The notes beneath the pieces are model-generated. The model was not told the origin of the DNA. It saw only the letters and a program-made list of their open reading frames with translations, and did not search any database. This document shows, piece after piece, positions 31,818 to 39,764 of a DNA stretch of 39,764 bases; position 1 is the stretch's first letter, and each line of letters starts with the position of its first letter. Made by a program: the position numbers and the translations under genes. This stretch comes from a virus, in IMG/VR virus record IMGVR_UViG_3300033564_000224; one strand, written 5' to 3'.

Positions 31818-32054
31818 ATGTCACTGAGCGAGCAAAAAACATTTTTGATGATGTACAAATCACAGATCGAGCGGGAATTAGCATCACTACAAACAATTTT
31901 CAACGAGCACAATATTGTTATTCTGCCCGAGTCAATTACGGGGCACACTCTCTACACCCTTTCAATCGATTATATAAAGTCAATCGAAACCGCAATCCAA
32001 TTCAACAAACAATATCTGCAACAGATCAATAAAAAATTACAGGAATTATCGTGA
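31818..32054 (+). CDS. hypothetical coiled-coil protein (78 aa, start re-assigned)
   Basis: ATG at 31818 after AGGA. Its stop overlaps the next start. Confidence 0.4.
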   Translation: MSLSEQKTFLMMYKSQIERELASLQTIFNEHNIVILPESITGHTLYTLSIDYIKSIETAIQFNKQYLQQINKKLQELS

Positions 32055-32629
32055 TGGATAATCTTGAAGCTGGCATAGCAGCATTCAAAGCGGGCAAACG
32101 CGATGAAGCGCGAAGCCTATTGATAGCCGCCATGAAAGACGCTCCCAATAATGAAAACGTTTGGGGATGGCTATATCAAGTATCCAACAATGACATTGAG
32201 CGAATTCAGGCGTTGAGAAAAGTTGTTGCGATCAATCCGCAGAATGTAAAGGCAAAAGAATTGCTGGACAAACTGCTTGCTCCGCCGCAGTTTGAGCCTG
32301 TCCGCAATAAGAAAAAAAACAACATACTTATATTTAGCGTGGTGTTCGTCAGCCTGTGTGTGATGTGCGCCGTGGCTGCGCTGGGTATCAAAGCCAGTGA
32401 AAAAACGAACGCGAATACAAATACAGTAGATCAATACATGCAGGAATATGGTGGAAACCCAGATGTGTACACTGAAATTATTGCACTCACAGACTGCGCC
32501 ATGCTCCAAATAAAGTTTGACACCGCCGCAGACAATCTCCATGCGCCAGGCACACAGCAATATCATTGGAGCCAGGGGTATATGGCTGCATCCGACGCGC
32601 GCATGAAGGATATTGGTTGTTATAAATAA
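32051..32629 (+). CDS. TPR-like single-pass membrane protein in the lysogeny operon
   Basis: N-terminal TPR-like AGIAAFKAGKRDEARSLL...NENVWGWLY, then the transmembrane segment ILIFSVVFVSLCVMCAVAALGI. Confidence 0.5.
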   Translation: MMDNLEAGIAAFKAGKRDEARSLLIAAMKDAPNNENVWGWLYQVSNNDIERIQALRKVVAINPQNVKAKELLDKLLAPPQFEPVRNKKKNNILIFSVVFVSLCVMCAVAALGIKASEKTNANTNTVDQYMQEYGGNPDVYTEIIALTDCAMLQIKFDTAADNLHAPGTQQYHWSQGYMAASDARMKDIGCYK

Positions 32630-34293
32630 TGCCATCAGATAAATTTCGCCTAGAACCCCCGCCCAGCGCCCTGCCACCCGGCTCCACCGTTTGGGCGTAT
32701 CTGCGCGATTCGGGCGGACCTACGCAGGACAGATCGGTGCAACAACAGCGCGAAAGTATTATGGAATTTTGCGCACACCATGGATTGATCCTCACCCATG
32801 CACCGTTTGAAGATATTCACAAATCGGGCGGTTCCACTCAGGGACGCAATGATTTTGATTATATGATGTCCCTTTCCAGTTCAGCCGATCAACGCCCCGA
32901 TGGTTTGCTCATTTGGAATTTTGCACGCTTCTCACGCGGTGGCGCATGGGACTCGCAGTTTTACACATCCACATTGCGCACGCGCAATATTGTCATCCAC
33001 TCACTGACCGATAAAATCCCAGAGGGCGAGTTTGGACCTGTCATTGAGACCATCATCCACATTGCCAACAAACAAAAAAAAGATGAAGCCTCAATGGGCG
33101 CATGGCGCGGTCTGCGGCATAACGTAAAACAGCGAGCCGTCCCGGGCAATCCTCCGCTCGGATTTGTGCGCACGCCCATTCAGATCACATCGCTTGATGG
33201 AGTTACACGCACCGCCCACCGTTGGGACCCTGACCCAGATTTCAAACTCCGCATCAATAAAGCGTTTCGCATGAAGGCGCAGGACAAAAGCCTTTCACAG
33301 ATCCACGCCGAAACGCAACTTTATAAATCCATCAACTCGTATGTCACTTTTTTTATCAACCCCATTTATATTGGCATCTTGAATTTTGGTGATCTGGTCA
33401 TCGAAGATTATTGCCCGCCCACTATTCCGCGCAAGACATGGGACAAAGTGCAAACTATCACCTCCGCCGCGAAAGAGCGCAACCACCTGCACAGTAAAAC
33501 CGTACATCCGCGGCGCGTGGTCAGCGTGTACCTTTTATCATCGATTGCCAAATGCGCGCGTTGTGGCGGATCGCTGAATGGTCAAACCACCAAACAACCC
33601 TACGGCGAAGATTACCGCCAATATATCTGCGCGACTGCAAAAAATAAAAAGACCTGCACCGCCAAAGCCATCCCCGCCAAAGTGCTTGAAAAACTTGTCA
33701 TTGATGGAATGTGTAATTTTTTTGATGACCCCCAAAACCTGATAAACGTCCTCACGAAATTTCAATCCACCCACGCCAACCATCAAAATATAGTGGATGA
33801 AGAGCGCGCATCCATCACGCCCCAGCTTGCTACCGTCCGAAAGAAATTGACTCATCTGATAGATGTCCTCACCGAAAAACCCGCATCCTCAACATTACTC
33901 AAAAAACTAACCTCGCTCGAAGAGGAAGAATCGATACTTATTAGTAAACTGGCACAACTCAAAAACAAAAACCATGCCCCCATCAGCATCCCCACTTTAG
34001 AGCAAGCCCGCACAGCCACCCAGCGCATACAGGAAGACCTACGCTCCAGCGACCCCGCCAAAGTCCGCCAAGTGCTAATTGGCATTATTGACGGCATCAA
34101 AGCAGACCGCATTGGAAAGCACATAGTCGCCAAAGTGGATTATTATCATGTGCCTGCTGTAAAAAAAAAGAATAGTATAGTAAACTATGTCTATATCACT
34201 CCCCCCCGTGGGGGCACCATTTATAGACATAGTTTATCGTTTGAGACAACCATCCCAAACAGTGGACGCCCAAACAAAAAGCCTCTCAAATGA
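32629..34293 (+). CDS. int: large serine recombinase (phage integrase)
   Basis: 554 aa. N-terminal resolvase-type domain (VWAYLRDSGG..Q), recombinase domain, Cys cluster CARCGGSL...YICATAKNKKTC, and a C-terminal coiled coil. Confidence 0.8.
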   Translation: MPSDKFRLEPPPSALPPGSTVWAYLRDSGGPTQDRSVQQQRESIMEFCAHHGLILTHAPFEDIHKSGGSTQGRNDFDYMMSLSSSADQRPDGLLIWNFARFSRGGAWDSQFYTSTLRTRNIVIHSLTDKIPEGEFGPVIETIIHIANKQKKDEASMGAWRGLRHNVKQRAVPGNPPLGFVRTPIQITSLDGVTRTAHRWDPDPDFKLRINKAFRMKAQDKSLSQIHAETQLYKSINSYVTFFINPIYIGILNFGDLVIEDYCPPTIPRKTWDKVQTITSAAKERNHLHSKTVHPRRVVSVYLLSSIAKCARCGGSLNGQTTKQPYGEDYRQYICATAKNKKTCTAKAIPAKVLEKLVIDGMCNFFDDPQNLINVLTKFQSTHANHQNIVDEERASITPQLATVRKKLTHLIDVLTEKPASSTLLKKLTSLEEEESILISKLAQLKNKNHAPISIPTLEQARTATQRIQEDLRSSDPAKVRQVLIGIIDGIKADRIGKHIVAKVDYYHVPAVKKKNSIVNYVYITPPRGGTIYRHSLSFETTIPNSGRPNKKPLK

Positions 34294-34303
34294 GTGGCTT
34301 TTT
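34276..34303. terminator. bidirectional terminator between convergent genes
   Basis: AAAAAGCCTCTC aaat GAGTGGCTTTTT overlaps the integrase stop codon. Confidence 0.65.
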
Positions 34304-34310
34304 GCTTTAT

Positions 34311-34508
34311 TCATACCAGCGGCTTGACCTTGTTTTTCTCGTCCAGCAAGCCAGCGAGTTGCCCCATCGCCCCCATAAATTGCCTGAGTTCTTTGTCGGT
34401 CATCTTGTTCACGTCCGCGCCAACCAGCGCGGTCAGTGTGGCGGATGCTGATTGTCTTTCTTGTTTCAGCCTTGCGCCGTCGTCTTTTTTGATTGCATTT
34501 TTAGCCAT
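34311..34508 (-). CDS. hypothetical protein (65 aa), last gene of the tail operon
   Basis: ORF track. Confidence 0.4.
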   Translation of the reverse strand: MAKNAIKKDDGARLKQERQSASATLTALVGADVNKMTDKELRQFMGAMGQLAGLLDEKNKVKPLV

Positions 34509-34755
34509 ACGTCACCTCCAGCGGAAATTGGACTAAATCGGGATTGCTAAAATTCTGCGGCACGTCTCGAAGCGTCTGAATATACTCCGCTATTTCCTGC
34601 CGCTTCGTAAACGAGATAGGCACGTCAGGACGCAGATATTTTTCAACTGCCTCAATACGCCGCGTGCGCTCTAATTTTATAAGTATCCATTTAGTTTCAT
34701 CCGATACCTCGCTTCCGATTGGTGGCACGGCTTCCCACAATTTAGATATATTCAT
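34501..34755 (-). CDS. tail-fibre-assembly-like chaperone (84 aa, start re-assigned)
   Basis: ATG at 34755 after AAGGAG. It follows the fibre gene. EIAEYIQTLRDVPQNFSNPDLVQFP resembles the C-terminal motif of fibre assembly proteins. Confidence 0.4.
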   Translation of the reverse strand: MNISKLWEAVPPIGSEVSDETKWILIKLERTRRIEAVEKYLRPDVPISFTKRQEIAEYIQTLRDVPQNFSNPDLVQFPLEVTYG

Positions 34756-34763
34756 AATACTCC

Positions 34764-36086
34764 TTATGGCAATATACCCCAAAATTTTATACGGATAAAG
34801 TCCGATGCGCCCCATGTAAACGGGACGGTTGAGCTTAGTGATGTACTTAGAGAGATATAGTCAGTCCCAATACGCTTTTTTACTCTTGCATAAATATTTG
34901 TTGTTGTTGCATCTGACGCACCCTCGTACGCTGCCACTCCTAAATCAAACAAATCAACAGACATTGTTCCGACAACCGACAGCGTTGCGGGGAAAGAAAA
35001 ATAAACATCGCCAGTAATTGCGCTGGTTGATCCTAAAGTAAAAAGGATTGATCCGAAAATTATCTTGTCTATTTTAGAATACGATGCCACAACCGAGCCA
35101 TTACCCAACGTAATCCCGCCTGTTGTGGGTGTCCATGTGTGCGCTGTAACGTGCGTGTGCAAAGTGGTCGCGCCGCCGTCGGTCAGGTCGAGCGCGTTTG
35201 CTGCGGACATGCTCGATAGTTTGAGATAAACGCTATCAAGCAAAGTTTGTAAAATCGTCACTGTTTGCGCCAGCGTTTTTTTGATCCAGGATCCTGCCCC
35301 ATCGCCCACCTGAAAATCATTAGCCGCATCCGTCACGGGCGGAGTATATCCACCCGCTGAATATCCCGAAAAGCGCAGATCCACAAAATCAGTATTGACC
35401 GTGGCATCCTGTGGCGTGATTTGTCCATAATAAACGCGGACTGCGCCGCTCTCAAAAATGGTGTTGGCGGGCGTGGCGGGAACATCAGCACGCACCAAAT
35501 CGGCAATGTCAACCTCGGAGCCTTTTGTTTGGACAACCGTCCCTGCGTCGTCGATGGTAATCAAAACAAACGCCGCCTTGCCCGCTGTGGTTGGAACATG
35601 GGTAGAAACATCCAAGTCCTGCCGGGGAATATAAAATCTGTCAGTGCCGTTATGGACATATCCCTTGTATAAATCTATTTTCAGCCCGCCCGCTTTTGAG
35701 GCTCCTATGCGGAGCGGCATGAATGCGCGCAGCTCAGCCGGTAATGGGTCTATGCCGCCCCACCTATACCTACTGGATGGAGCATAGCCTGCAAAACCGC
35801 CCTGCGCTCCCGTTGGAGATTCAGACCGCGTGGAAAGCACCTGGAACAAAGTGCGTTCCTCAGTGGCATACCCCACCCAAATCTTTTTCCCCGAATCTAC
35901 AGAAACGCGGTTGTTGAAGACCGGCAAAACTTTATCATCCATTTTTACATAGACAAAATTATCAAAACCGGGGACGGCTGTTTTCCCATCACCATCGCCC
36001 ATCTCTGCCGCCCAACGTTGAAGCTCGTCCTGCTTTTTATCAAGCTGGGATTTTAGTGCTTTGCTAAAGTATTTTTTTGCATTCAT
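34764..36086 (-). CDS. tail fibre / receptor-binding protein
   Basis: 440 aa. The LTDGGATTLHTH motif is common in phage fibre proteins. G/T/S-rich C-terminal half. Positioned after the large tail-tip protein. Confidence 0.6.
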   Translation of the reverse strand: MNAKKYFSKALKSQLDKKQDELQRWAAEMGDGDGKTAVPGFDNFVYVKMDDKVLPVFNNRVSVDSGKKIWVGYATEERTLFQVLSTRSESPTGAQGGFAGYAPSSRYRWGGIDPLPAELRAFMPLRIGASKAGGLKIDLYKGYVHNGTDRFYIPRQDLDVSTHVPTTAGKAAFVLITIDDAGTVVQTKGSEVDIADLVRADVPATPANTIFESGAVRVYYGQITPQDATVNTDFVDLRFSGYSAGGYTPPVTDAANDFQVGDGAGSWIKKTLAQTVTILQTLLDSVYLKLSSMSAANALDLTDGGATTLHTHVTAHTWTPTTGGITLGNGSVVASYSKIDKIIFGSILFTLGSTSAITGDVYFSFPATLSVVGTMSVDLFDLGVAAYEGASDATTTNIYARVKKRIGTDYISLSTSLSSTVPFTWGASDFIRIKFWGILP

Positions 36087-38794
36087 TATTCACCCACCGG
36101 ACAAACGTTGAGAATCGCCGCCATGCCGAGTGCTATCGGCTCATCTAAAACAGTTACGGGGCGAAGGATATAGCCTAGCGAACCGCCATTATCACCGAAA
36201 ATAAAGTCAGAACAAACAAAATTGAAAAACCCACTTTCGTTTGCCTGAAAATATACGCGAGCATACAAATCACCTAGTGGTTCGATAAGCAAACAACCAT
36301 AAGGCATTTGTAATGACATATAACCAAATCCGCCTATTGGGTTAACTGCTGTTCCAGACCATCCCGCGCCATGCTCATCCTGCAGGTATCCACCCGCGCC
36401 ACTCCAAAAGTTATAAAACTTCCACTCTGGTTGGTCGGATTTGTAGTACCAGGGGCCGCCCGTGCCTTCGATGGAATAATAATTTCCTTCCGTCACTGGC
36501 ACGTTGACGCCCTCCCCGTTTGTTCCTAATACTGTACCGCTTGCAATCGCCGCGCCGATTTTATAAAATACAGTTGTCAGCACCTCAATTTCAAAACCAT
36601 CCACGTCCAATTCGCTCGGCAGGTTGAACACTCCGCCAGCATTGGCAGTTGCTACTCTGCTATCACCTACCATTGCATAAATTGTATAACTCACGCCGTC
36701 TATGCCACTTACGCGCGAGCGTGCCGCGTCAACACCGCCATGCAATTTACACGGAAAATAACAGCGTGCTGTTTGGATTGAATCTGTAATCGTTGGTCTG
36801 TCCCAATAGGCGGTATATCTATTTTCTGTTTCAGAGGTACACGTGCCAGTTGGCAATGGTGCAGGGATAACAGGCGGAAACCAGGTATTATCCAATGGGA
36901 AATCATCAAAGCCCGCATCTCCGAAGCCGTCAGTCAAATTGGTCTGCACCACGGGCGGGGGAATATACGTCACGCCGTCTATGCTGGTTACTTCAAACTC
37001 AAAGGTTATTTGCGTGGTGATGCTTGCGCTGTCTTCATCGAACATATATTCTATTCGACGCGGAATCAATTTAGCCGAAGTGAACGCTACGCCTCTGGGA
37101 TTATCCTCTGCCGAAACGCTGAGGGTGCAATATTGGCGCGGAGCAATATCGATCAGACGGCTATTGGCTGAAAGCTCAATGTCCAGCGGTTCATAGTCAG
37201 GATTGCTAACTGCCAGCAGCCTGCCTGCAATACGGTTGCAGTCGCTTTGATCTACGATGGCGTAATCATCATACGTTCCAGGTTCGCCGTATTTTTTACC
37301 GATGGTGCCCGGCGCTCTCGAATAGATTTGAGTGGATGCCACACCGTCATAATCTGACGCGGCGGAGAGTTCGACCAATGATGTTTTTTCGCTGGTGTTG
37401 CGCACGATCTCCAATCCGTCTATGCGGTCAATTTTGGTAATGTCCATTATTACGGGCAGAGTGGCGCGCTCTGTGTCAGAGATGATCTGCGAGTCAACCT
37501 CTACAAAAAGCTGACCGTAGCTATTGACCAGCGCAGTTGAAAAAACCTTGCCCGCCATCTTGGTCATCTGGTCCAGCAATGACCCGCTGGGTTCTGCGAA
37601 AATCTTCCAACGCGCGGGGCTATCTGTCAGGAAACAATCCATCACCGTAGGCGCGGTGGTTGTCCAGGACAATAGATGTGCGAGTGCCTTGCCAACGGTC
37701 ATGCCCTGCAATTGCTTCCAGTTGATCGGCGCGCCGCTCACATATTGCAATTCAAACGGGAACGCGCGGATTTTCTTCAGCCAGTACGCCGCGCCTTGCA
37801 CCGTGAAAGTAACTTCGCCGCTCTCACTGTCATACACAATACTTTCGCCGTCGATCCAACCCGAACAGATCACATTTTCATAGCCTGCAATTTTGCCCAC
37901 CGAGCCTTTCACGCCGCCATAATAATCTGTGGCGTAGAGCGTGCATAATGCGCGGTCGTAAACCTGCGAGCGGGCAACATCAGCCAGGCACGTCACGGCA
38001 AACGACCAACCGCCCTCGCCGTAATCGCCGGTGGGATTGCTCTCCATTTTGAACGGGATGCGCGCCGGGTCTACAAATACCCAGCGATGCGAAACCGTCT
38101 CACGCCCCAGATCGTCTGTGATGGTACACGACCAGCGATATTCGCCGCTGCTGGAATAGCTCCAAGATGGATGATCTGTATCCATATTGGCGGTACTGAC
38201 CGCACCCGGGGCGGAGTATAAAAAGCTGACGATGTTTGCGCCGTCATAGCACGCCGAAAGCGTGGGATCGGGCGGGCTAAATTCAACAGCGCCATCCACA
38301 CCATCAGATAAATGCAAAACAGCCACCAGCGGAGCAATGCGCGGAATTACGCCTCCGCTGGTGACAGTTCCAAAATCAAGGTCATAATCCATACGCACAA
38401 CGCCGCCGGTCACGGTCAAATCGCGCTGCCATAATCCAAATGAGTTGACGACGGTCAGGATGTCATCGTTTGCAAATTGGATGTCACTGCTCTGGTTGAT
38501 GTAAAGCCGGTCAGAGGTTGGCGTTTTGCGCACACGGCACACGCCCTTCCCAACGCCCGCAGAGGTGCTGACGTAGAGCGTCATATCTGGCAAAACATCA
38601 GCCAATGTACCCACGCCGCCATCGTAGATCAATTCGGCGATGCCATCCACGGTCTCGAAATCTTGATTGATGTGTGCCGCGTAAACCGTGACCGGATGCT
38701 GAATTGCCAAGCCCAATCTTGTAGCCTGGTTGTCACTGCGCTGTTTGACCAATTCGCCAGAGGTGGCAGGACGCGCCGCAAAGTTGCTTGTCAT
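36086..38794 (-). CDS. large tail tip / baseplate hub protein (902 aa)
   Basis: Size and position: second gene after the tape measure, ATGA-coupled. Confidence 0.55.
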   Translation of the reverse strand: MTSNFAARPATSGELVKQRSDNQATRLGLAIQHPVTVYAAHINQDFETVDGIAELIYDGGVGTLADVLPDMTLYVSTSAGVGKGVCRVRKTPTSDRLYINQSSDIQFANDDILTVVNSFGLWQRDLTVTGGVVRMDYDLDFGTVTSGGVIPRIAPLVAVLHLSDGVDGAVEFSPPDPTLSACYDGANIVSFLYSAPGAVSTANMDTDHPSWSYSSSGEYRWSCTITDDLGRETVSHRWVFVDPARIPFKMESNPTGDYGEGGWSFAVTCLADVARSQVYDRALCTLYATDYYGGVKGSVGKIAGYENVICSGWIDGESIVYDSESGEVTFTVQGAAYWLKKIRAFPFELQYVSGAPINWKQLQGMTVGKALAHLLSWTTTAPTVMDCFLTDSPARWKIFAEPSGSLLDQMTKMAGKVFSTALVNSYGQLFVEVDSQIISDTERATLPVIMDITKIDRIDGLEIVRNTSEKTSLVELSAASDYDGVASTQIYSRAPGTIGKKYGEPGTYDDYAIVDQSDCNRIAGRLLAVSNPDYEPLDIELSANSRLIDIAPRQYCTLSVSAEDNPRGVAFTSAKLIPRRIEYMFDEDSASITTQITFEFEVTSIDGVTYIPPPVVQTNLTDGFGDAGFDDFPLDNTWFPPVIPAPLPTGTCTSETENRYTAYWDRPTITDSIQTARCYFPCKLHGGVDAARSRVSGIDGVSYTIYAMVGDSRVATANAGGVFNLPSELDVDGFEIEVLTTVFYKIGAAIASGTVLGTNGEGVNVPVTEGNYYSIEGTGGPWYYKSDQPEWKFYNFWSGAGGYLQDEHGAGWSGTAVNPIGGFGYMSLQMPYGCLLIEPLGDLYARVYFQANESGFFNFVCSDFIFGDNGGSLGYILRPVTVLDEPIALGMAAILNVCPVGE

Positions 38795-39180
38795 TAGACC
38801 ACCTCAGCCCATGCTAAAAACTCAATGCTCAATCCACTGCGATACCCAACAAAGCCATTCATGTGATCGCCGTCCTGCCGTGGATCTGTCCAGTTCATGG
38901 TCACTTCAAAGACCGCAAATGTGCCATCGCGCTTACAGGCGCGGATGTAGATCGTTTCTGTTGATTTATACGCCTCCAACTGCGCGATCTGGTCATCTTC
39001 TGCCAGGGGAAAGCTCCACACAATGGTAGAGGGTCCCTGTCCGCGCATGGAACCATCCGCCAGGCGTGCCATTTTGCTGTATTTCTGAAACTCCCATTGT
39101 GGGTCTGGTACGGGAGTTGCCAGCGCGTCGAGCGCGGTCAATGTTTCGGGGGTTGTGCCAATTTGAAAGTCAGATGCCAT
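38794..39180 (-). CDS. small distal tail protein (128 aa)
   Basis: Immediately downstream of the tape measure gene with a TAATG overlap. Confidence 0.5.
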   Translation of the reverse strand: MASDFQIGTTPETLTALDALATPVPDPQWEFQKYSKMARLADGSMRGQGPSTIVWSFPLAEDDQIAQLEAYKSTETIYIRACKRDGTFAVFEVTMNWTDPRQDGDHMNGFVGYRSGLSIEFLAWAEVV

Positions 39181-39764
39181 TAGAGTGCTCCTGCAACGTT
39201 CTTCGCAAAACGATTGATTTTTGAATCCATCATCCGATCTACATCGCGCAGGGTCAGCCCATTGCTCAAGTTGACCGTGTTACTGGTGGATTGTTGCGTG
39301 GTCATATTGCTGACGGGTTTCGCCATCATGCGCGCGATCACATTCGGGTTGACGGAATCTTTCAGCCCCAGTTTGTAACCATCGCCGCTATCAATGCCCA
39401 GCTTGAAAAATTTACGTGAAGGTGAATGTGAATCCAGAGCCTTGCGCATGGCTTCCAATGCCGCCGCGCCTGCCTGCGCCGCCGCCATAATAATGGATGG
39501 GATGCCGCCCAATATTCCGCTGGCAAGCCCCACCAGCATATTCTTACCAACCTGCCCCCAGTTGATATTTTTGAACATGTTTTTCATTTTATCTACGATC
39601 TGGGCTATGTAATACCCAAGCAGAAACCATGCCTGTTTCAACGTGTCGGTGATGCCCATCCAGTTATTTTTGAATGCCCAATACAGCAATCCCAAAGTAG
39701 CAATAATCAATAAAATAGGACCAACGATCACAAGGATTGAACCCGCTGCGCCTGCAATTGCCGC
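39180..39764 (-). CDS. tail tape measure protein, C-terminal part (continuation of 1..1096 across the circular junction)
   Basis: The frame is continuous: ...AGAAGSILV IVGPILLIIATLG. The tracked M at 39731 is an internal GTG (Val). Hydrophobic segments are typical of tape measure proteins. Confidence 0.85.
   Translation of the reverse strand, partial: AAIAGAAGSILVIVGPILLIIATLGLLYWAFKNNWMGITDTLKQAWFLLGYYIAQIVDKMKNMFKNINWGQVGKNMLVGLASGILGGIPSIIMAAAQAGAAALEAMRKALDSHSPSRKFFKLGIDSGDGYKLGLKDSVNPNVIARMMAKPVSNMTTQQSTSNTVNLSNGLTLRDVDRMMDSKINRFAKNVAGAL

Overview
The window is a complete, circularly closed genome of 39,721 bp. Bases 1-43 repeat exactly at 39722-39764, and the tape-measure gene reads in frame across that junction. 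It is a temperate siphovirus-like tailed phage. Almost everything is on the minus strand: TerS, TerL, a fused protease/scaffold/major-capsid gene, connectors, portal, MuF, tail terminator, major tail protein, chaperones, tape measure, tail tip and fibre. The early region carries a primase-helicase, a Xer-like tyrosine recombinase, ParM/ParR-like partition genes and a PolX-like nucleotidyltransferase. A short plus-strand lysogeny operon (31266-34293) encodes a CI-like HTH protein and a large serine integrase, divergent from a Cro-like gene. The standout feature is 14296-19181, an integron-type array. Ten small co-oriented ORFs are each followed by an 88-128 bp imperfect inverted repeat bounded by RYYYAAC...GTTRRRY. 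The array is headed by a 5'-truncated integron-integrase (intI) remnant whose stop codon abuts a GTTAGAC core site. The R' box of each site matches the R'' box of the next cassette, as a G|TT crossover predicts. Other notable features are a moron with its own promoter, structured leader and terminator between the tail chaperone and tape-measure genes, GGATGAA heptamer repeats at structural gene junctions, an AT-rich iteron cluster, and a possible +1 chaperone frameshift. No tRNA, rRNA or CRISPR array was seen.
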